From Blepharisma stoltei ATCC 30299 (lineage: Eukaryota > Protista > Ciliophora), in contig CBFDEM010000013.1 of NCBI GenBank assembly GCA_965603825.1, positions 1 through 64,000 of the forward strand: DNA of 64,000 bases, read 5' to 3'. Positions 57,756-64,000 of the stretch are shown here, one piece after another. The notes under the pieces are model-generated. The model was given only the letters and a program-made list of their open reading frames with translations, did not search any database and had not been told where the DNA came from. Position 1 is the first letter of the stretch. The number at the start of each line of letters is the position of its first letter. Position numbers and translations under genes: made by a program.

Positions 57756-59756
57756 TTAAGTAAATAAATCAAAAGGATTATTGCTTTTTGGCTTCTCATG
57801 CATATGGCTCGTTTCTACATGCTTGTATCCAGGATTTTGAGGTGGCATGTGAGAAGTTTGGCTTGGCATATGAGCTTGAGAAGTTTGGCTTGGCATATGA
57901 GCTTGAGAAGCAGGCACTCCTGCTGGCTGTGGATTTACAATTGCATACCACTGTTGAAAAGTGTAAGGATAAGGAATCCCATGGGTGCTTTGGTACATTT
58001 GTGCCATCATCTGATATTGCTGTAGTAATACATTAGAGTTCCCACTATTATTTTGTGGCTTTGCTGAGTGGATTATATGAGCTTTTTTCTTTTCTTCTTC
58101 TACAAGCTGGGCAAATGGGTCTGGCCCACTTGAAAGAAGGTTATTTTGCATTTGAGAAAATGGGTCTTGGCTAGCTGGGGCCTGTTGATAACCAGTGGAT
58201 TGAGGATATGAAGGGTTTCTAGGGTCTTGGCTCGGGTATGGAGCAAATGATACGTCAGTTAAAGGGTTTTGGCCTGACTGAGGAGGGTAGTTATTACGAG
58301 GTGGAGATTGTAATGGTGGCTGGGAATATTGTCCAGGGAAAGAAGTAGTCAGAGGAGCTGGCTGAGGGCGTTGGCTTTGGAAAGCATTTTGAGACTGAGG
58401 ATTTTGGAGTTGAGGGTTTTGGGGTGGATGCTGAGGGTTTTGGGGTGGATGCTGAGGGTTTTGGGGTGGATATTGAGGATTTTGGGGTGGATGCTGAGGA
58501 TTTTGGGGTGGATGCTGAGGATTTTGAGGCTGAGGTGGGTATTGGCTAGGGAAAGGGTTATTTTGAGCTGGATTTTGGGCTGTTTGCTGGTATGGGCTTG
58601 GAAAAGTACTAGTCTGTGGAGGCTGAATTGGGGGCTGAGGATAAGGATTAGGAAAAGCCTGAGGTGGTGAGCTATAAGATGGAACAGAGCTCTGAGGCTG
58701 GGGCGGCGAACTGTATGATGGAACAGTGGTTTGAGGCTGAGGAGGTGGAAAAGATGGAAATGCTTGAGAAGCTTGATTAGCATTTTGATAATTATAAGGA
58801 ATCTGCTGCACCTTCGGGGAGGTATCTGCTGGTGCTTGATTTCTTTGTGCTTGATTCCAATTTCCAGCCATATTCTGAGGTGGCGGAAATGAGGCCTGGA
58901 ATCCTCCAGAATTGCCACCTACATTTCCAGTCTGTGGTGAGTACCCTCCATTATTAACCTGAGGGTTTTGATACTGATTTGGCGTATTTCCTCCTGTTTG
59001 TCCATAAGAATTTTGAGGTGGCTGCCTAGCCTGCTGATTTTGATAATACCCTGGGTCAAAAATCCCAAATTGTCCTGGGTTTTGATACTGAGTCTCTTGT
59101 CCAGGAGGTTTTGGTATAGCTTGAGTATTCTGCGGCCTAGAAATCGTAGGGACATTTTGTGGTTGCTGAAATCCGCTCCACGTTTCAGTGCTTTTAGGTT
59201 CTTCTTCAAAATCTATAAGACTTTTAATGACTGGGGCTTGCTGTGCTGGTGGAGGCTGAGCATAAGTTTGTTGTGCTGGTGGAGGCTGAGGATAAGTTTG
59301 ATATTGGGGCTGAGGTACTGGTGGTTGCTGTGGAGGATTTGCAGGCGCTTTTACAACAGGCTCTTGCTTTCGTTGGCTATTTTCTGCTTTGCTTTCATCA
59401 TACCAGCGTTTTTCTGCATATTTTAATCTAATGAAATCTCGAAGTCTGGCTTGATCTTTAATATCAGGGATAGGATAAGACCTGAGGTCATGCTTCGCCA
59501 TCCAAACTTGGGTCGCTTTTTCATTGCCCCACTGTTGGAGCTTTTCGACTTCTGCTGCTGAAAAATTGCATGTAGAAAGACCTTTTACACGATGATTGAA
59601 CTCTCGATGAAGGCCTCCGCATATTGAGCACAGAAAAATTCCGAAGTCAACGATGGTATAGGTGGTTCCAGCTTGTTGGCAATCAAAGCAGCGCTTATTT
59701 GAAGGAACTTTTCGGAGATCTTGTAAGATGCTTGCTGGGTCAGGTGTCTTTTTCAT
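57756..59756 (-). CDS. ArfGAP with long P/Q-rich tail (AGFG1/HRB-like)
   Basis: CFDC-x16-CSIC, HREFNHRVKGLS..F...EV, IRLKYAEKRW. Low-complexity PQ tail with NPF/DPF motifs, ending NNPFDLFT. Confidence 0.9.
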   Translation of the reverse strand: MKKTPDPASILQDLRKVPSNKRCFDCQQAGTTYTIVDFGIFLCSICGGLHREFNHRVKGLSTCNFSAAEVEKLQQWGNEKATQVWMAKHDLRSYPIPDIKDQARLRDFIRLKYAEKRWYDESKAENSQRKQEPVVKAPANPPQQPPVPQPQYQTYPQPPPAQQTYAQPPPAQQAPVIKSLIDFEEEPKSTETWSGFQQPQNVPTISRPQNTQAIPKPPGQETQYQNPGQFGIFDPGYYQNQQARQPPQNSYGQTGGNTPNQYQNPQVNNGGYSPQTGNVGGNSGGFQASFPPPQNMAGNWNQAQRNQAPADTSPKVQQIPYNYQNANQASQAFPSFPPPQPQTTVPSYSSPPQPQSSVPSYSSPPQAFPNPYPQPPIQPPQTSTFPSPYQQTAQNPAQNNPFPSQYPPQPQNPQHPPQNPQHPPQNPQYPPQNPQHPPQNPQHPPQNPQLQNPQSQNAFQSQRPQPAPLTTSFPGQYSQPPLQSPPRNNYPPQSGQNPLTDVSFAPYPSQDPRNPSYPQSTGYQQAPASQDPFSQMQNNLLSSGPDPFAQLVEEEKKKAHIIHSAKPQNNSGNSNVLLQQYQMMAQMYQSTHGIPYPYTFQQWYAIVNPQPAGVPASQAHMPSQTSQAHMPSQTSHMPPQNPGYKHVETSHMHEKPKSNNPFDLFT
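57851..57910. repeat. Coding 27-nt tandem repeat (2 copies plus partial), encoding SQAHMPSQT
   Basis: GAGAAGTTTGGCTTGGCATATGAGCTT at 57851 and 57878. Confidence 0.85.
58411..58526. repeat. Coding 21-nt minisatellite (about 5.5 copies), encoding PQNPQHP
   Basis: Near-identical units of TGAGGGTTTTGGGGTGGATGC at 58411, 58432, 58453, 58474, 58495 and a partial copy at 58516. Confidence 0.9.
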
Positions 59757-59983
59757 TTTTATTTATATAATTGCTTGTTATGACATAGGATTTTAAATAT
59801 ACGTTAATAAAATAAAAGGTTATTTGGAGAAAAGAAAAGAGAGGAATTCGGTTAAAGAAAATAATATTTATAGCAAAATGATAAAAAGCTATGCTTAATA
59901 TTCCAAGATTTAGATATATAGATATAAATAATTTTGATAATATAGTGCTATTTATTTCTAGATTATTTAGTGTAAAAAGTGGA

Positions 59984-61519
59984 TTAATTTATGTTTCGAA
60001 CTTCTCCATCTGAATTTATAAATCTTCCTTTTCCTTTAGGTTTTCCATACTGTCAGTATCCTTCATAAATTGACCCATCTGTATAAAACCTTATCCCTTT
60101 ACCGTGCGGCTTGTTATTTGCCCATTCTCCTTTATATACACTTAAATCTTCCAAAATTTCTATCTGTTTAAAGCTAACCTCAACTCCATCATTTAGCTCA
60201 AAATCCCATTCGAATTTTTCTAAATTTTTGATTTCTTTTACCCTAAGTGCTGCTTCTTCTGTATCATTTACTTCATATACAGCCATATTCAGGTATTTTG
60301 GCCTGTTATCATTTTCTAAAAAATACTCTTCTCTGCTGGAATTTAAAGCGTCTTCGAATTTCCACTCAAACGGGAAATTTTTAGATTCCTCAGTATTTGT
60401 TGTTTGATCTGAAATTCTTGTTTCTGAAGTAGTTATATCATGATGCTTATCATTGCATTCATCGAGGCACAGCTGAAAAGGGATAAAATTTAGGTAAAAT
60501 CTTTTAATGTTTGATAAATCAGTCTCCACATTCATTTTCAAAAAAATTGTTTTGCTTTCTTTCACCTGTAAAAATCCATCGGAAAATGCTGGCATTGGGA
60601 TAGGATTTTCAATTTTTAAATAAAAATCGTCGTTATTTATTGCGCTGGAAAGGAGCATTATTTTCTCAACTGAACTTTTTTTGTTAAACCAAGACGTGAT
60701 GTCAAGCCCTCGTATTTTTTTTTCATTATAAATCAGATCCGAAAACGGTATATCCTGTAGAGTCTCATTAAGTTTATCACCATATAAATACAATTCGCCG
60801 CCATCTTTTAGTGTGCTAAGCAGCTTGCTTGATACGCCACCTCCAAGACAGTCAAACGCTAAAGTTGGCTGAAATTCGCAAGCAGCCCTATTAAGTTTTT
60901 CGTCCATTTTTGTTTCATTATTTTTTATCATACAATTTCCTTCAAATTTCCTAACAAAATTCCATTCTTCAGCTGATTCCACAATGTTTATAGATTTAAT
61001 TTTTTTATTTTTACAAAATTGCAGCACAGATTGCCATATATTTTTATCTTTTGAAGTAAATAAAATGGCTTTATGTTTATTTGTATCAATAATATCTTTT
61101 ATCATTTCTTGCATCAAAAAATTTCAAATTCCAAAAAAATTCGTTAGGTCTTTATATTGGTTTTTGACTACTACACAAGAGGTGGCATTGCAGACAATAT
61201 ATTCAGCTCAAGAGCCAGATAGAGTGTCGTCAAACTGAGCAAATTGGACTTTACTGCCAACAAGTTTTCAGGACTTCAGTCCACCTCCACTTTTCATTAC
61301 AATTCCACTCCCTTCAATTCCTAGGATTTTTGGAGAGAAATTCTGTATTTGAGAAAATTTATCGACTCGATCCAGATCATATAAATTCATCGGAGCAATG
61401 TCAACTTTAATTAAAACTTGTCCTCATTTTGGAACTGGAATTTTTACTTGTTTTATTGACAAATAGGAGTGATTATCATGCTTTTCTAGTACAATTGCAA
61501 GCATCAACTCAGTGTCCAT
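59984..61519 (-). CDS. MDR (zinc-type alcohol dehydrogenase/quinone oxidoreductase-like) fold fused to C-terminal MORN repeats (511 aa)
   Basis: IPVPK(W)GQVLIKVDIAPMN, ILGIEGSGIV, GS(W)AEY, AFDCLGG, GGELYLYG, then VYKGEWANNKPHGKGIRFYTDGSIYEGY(W)QYGKPKGKG. ATG 61519, TAA 59984. Confidence 0.8.
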
Positions 61520-61846
61520 CTTGCAGATAAATAAAATAAATCATACTGGATTGCTTTAAACAGAACATTTATGGACAGATAAATAAATTGAGAAAAAATA
61601 ATTTGTTTTTGCTTATTAATATTAATATCATATTTAAAATTAACATTTTATACATAATTATAAGTAAAATAAGTTAAAAATTTATTAAAAAGCTAAATTT
61701 CTCTTAAATGGATAAATTTCTTTAAATATTATTAATTTATCAAAATAAACACTATTATCAGGTTATTTTAAAAAGCTATATTAAATATACCAATTTAATA
61801 CAATATTGGCTTGGATTTATGTGTATTTTTCAATTGATTTTTCCAA

Positions 61847-63199
61847 TTAATTTGAGTTTATTTGGTCAATTGTATTGTCATCAATGAGATTTACGTCTTC
61901 GTCTGAGCCTCCATCAAAAGATAAAGGAGAGTCTTCTTCATGCTCTATCGGTCTTACACATTCGCTCAAAGAAATAACGCTCCTTGAGACATTATTATCA
62001 ATTTCTGGCTCACAGCATGGTTCTAATCTGATAGTTAAATCTCCTAATATTTTTGAATTTCCATTTCTTTGTATCTGATACTGCTTTGTCTCAAAGTCTT
62101 CTTTTTTCATTTTTAGGTCTAAATTTTCTTTATGAGAGTCAAGTGTATTAAAGCTTTCTTTTCGCTTCATTTCTAAGACATTTAATTTATTTCTATGTTT
62201 TGTTATTTGCAACGACGTTTTATTCAGTCTATTTTTGGTAGCCTCCAACAATTTCATATGCGCTTGAGCTTTATACTTATCTTGCTTCAGCTGTGCGTAA
62301 TTTACATTTAGTTGCTCCTTAAAAGCTTCTAATTTTTTCCTTTCTTCATTTATATAGTTTCTCTCCTTACTAACCCTCAATTTCTCTTGTGCCAAAAAAT
62401 CTTCCCTTTTCGATAAATTTTGTTTTAAAATTTGAATTTCATTTTTTTCGTTTACTAAATTTTGGGCTTGTTTATTGATCCTATACAAGCACTCTTTTAC
62501 TTTTTCTTCCTTTATTTTTATTCGGGTTTCTTGGTCAAGTTTACGTCTCGAGTCAGAAATTTCAAGCGAGTCTTCTCTTTCTCTTTCTTCAGTTTCGCTA
62601 CGTCTTTGGTCTGATCTAGGCAGTTTAAGTTTAGTATCATTCCTCAGCGATTTATTTGACAATTTATTGAAGTCGTTTTTCTTTGAAAATTCTTCTTTAA
62701 TGTCAACAGAATTATTAGTCGAGTGGGTACTAACAACTCCGAACATAGAGCTATCGGTGTATCTTCTGTCAATTTCTCCTTCAAACTTAAGCATGATTGA
62801 CCCGATTGTGTCTCCTTTGAGATTTTGGAGACTCCATCAGTTAGAAAAGCGGCCTTGAGAAACTTCTTTTACGTTAATATCACAACTCCCAACTTCTTTT
62901 TCTCCAAAAATCATTTCCTTGTGGTGCACTACGACTTTTAAAGAACTTGACTCTTTTATTCGAAATTCATAAGTGGCATTTCATTTTGGGTTTGAGCCAG
63001 AAAGGCTGTGAGTTTTTCATTCAATTTGATCACTATTAATTTTGCAATATAACTTCATAGAACCTAATGTAGCTACATTTATATTGATTCTTGCTTCAAC
63101 AATTTTAACACATAGCGAAATAAATTTTTTGCAGGCTCGTTCTGAGTGGATTTCGCTTTGACAGTCTGGTTTCGGTCTAACGATTTGGCTCTTATGCAT
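61847..63199 (-). CDS. C2-domain plus coiled-coil protein (450 aa with UGA=Trp)
   Basis: LCVKIVEA...(W)KTHSLSGSNPK(W)NATYEF...FGEKEVGSCDI...(W)WSL is a C2 pattern, in frame with the coiled-coil ORF 61847-62794. Confidence 0.82.
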
Positions 63200-63902
63200 T
63201 TTAATATGGATAAATAGGGATTTTATATTTTGAAGTGCATTTTTGGATTCATAAGCGAAAAAGATATGGTTAAAATAAAATACAGAATGGAAAAGCCTTG
63301 GCTTTAACGGAAATTTAAAGGAAAATATTTAAAAATGCATAAGATTGCGAGTGGTTATTTTACGAAAATTCGAAATAAGAGGGATTATTTGTATTTTGAT
63401 AATAAACTAATTTTCTAGCACTTATAACTTTTACCTGAAGCGTGTTGCCTCTTTATTGCTTCAATTTTCTGCATGCCAAATACCTTTCAGTTAGAATTCA
63501 GATCGGAACTAATATTAACTTAATGTAAGCCAAAAATACATTTATTATGCGAAGAGTTTGCTCTAAAGGTATATATTATCACTAAAGCGTTTTATAGTTT
63601 TCGTTTTATTAATATATTTTTCACCAGTTTTTAGCTTATTGGTAATTAACTTATATAGGTTTAAAATTTGGGGTTTATTCAATAAAAATCAAGTTTAATA
63701 ACAAAAGATAATAACTGTTCTTAAGCACGATTTATTTTCTGTATAAACATAAAATTATTTTTACCTAATCGTATCTCCATTTTAGTAAATCGAATTATAT
63801 ATAAGTTTTCTCTTTATTCAAAATTTTTATTTCTTGCTTTTATTTATCCTTGCTCTATTATTCTCAGTTAATCCACTATCCCAAATAACTTTATAATAAA
63901 TC

Positions 63903-64000
63903 ATGGCTGACATTGAAGAACCTCCAATAGAGAACCCAGAGGAGGAAAAACCGCCATCAGCAAATCAAGATGAGCTTGCGTCCCCCAGCTCTGAAGCTGC
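63903..64000 (+). CDS. Start of a gene truncated by the window edge
   Basis: ATG after an AT-rich leader, then MADIEEPPIENPEEEKPPSANQDELASPSSEA open to the window end, with a sharp rise in GC. Confidence 0.6.
   Translation, partial: MADIEEPPIENPEEEKPPSANQDELASPSSEA

Noticed and set aside
29607-62858. Antisense and alternate-frame ORFs in the track (e.g. 29607-30065, 41816-42298, 56812-57234, 58349-58918, 58968-59426, 62475-62858)
   Set aside because: These are shadows of well-supported genes on the opposite strand or in another frame, with the expected S/F/L-rich mirror composition.

Overview
Telomere-capped end of a somatic (macronuclear-type) chromosome of a heterotrich ciliate, most likely Blepharisma. 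Three sequence features point there: a (CCCTAACA)n telomere (1-3844), UGA read as Trp with only UAA/UAG as stops, and 15-16-nt spliceosomal introns. The supplied standard-code ORF track therefore fragments many genes, so I rejoined them. The subtelomere (3.8-9.3 kb) holds a Kelch-like/TPR gene cut by the telomere, a Kelch-like paralog and a decayed PiggyBac-family transposase that the ORF track misses. About 30 densely packed genes follow: a 1451-aa type I membrane protein, STRIP/Far11, PDI-like, two ArfGAPs, ERK-type MAPK, PKG, an RBR E3 plus its pseudogene, two C2H2 paralogs, TMEM135-like, two mitochondrial carriers, KAR/HSD17B12-like, kinesin-1, SAM, a pseudokinase, DYRK, DnaJ, EB1, ASF1, HisRS, an MDR-MORN fusion and a C2/coiled-coil protein. 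The best unexplained signals are a ~520-nt helix-dense, G-U-biased non-coding island at 31740-32260 (candidate unclassified structured RNA) and the subtelomeric PiggyBac relic. All translations and base-pairings were done by eye; no database searches were run.
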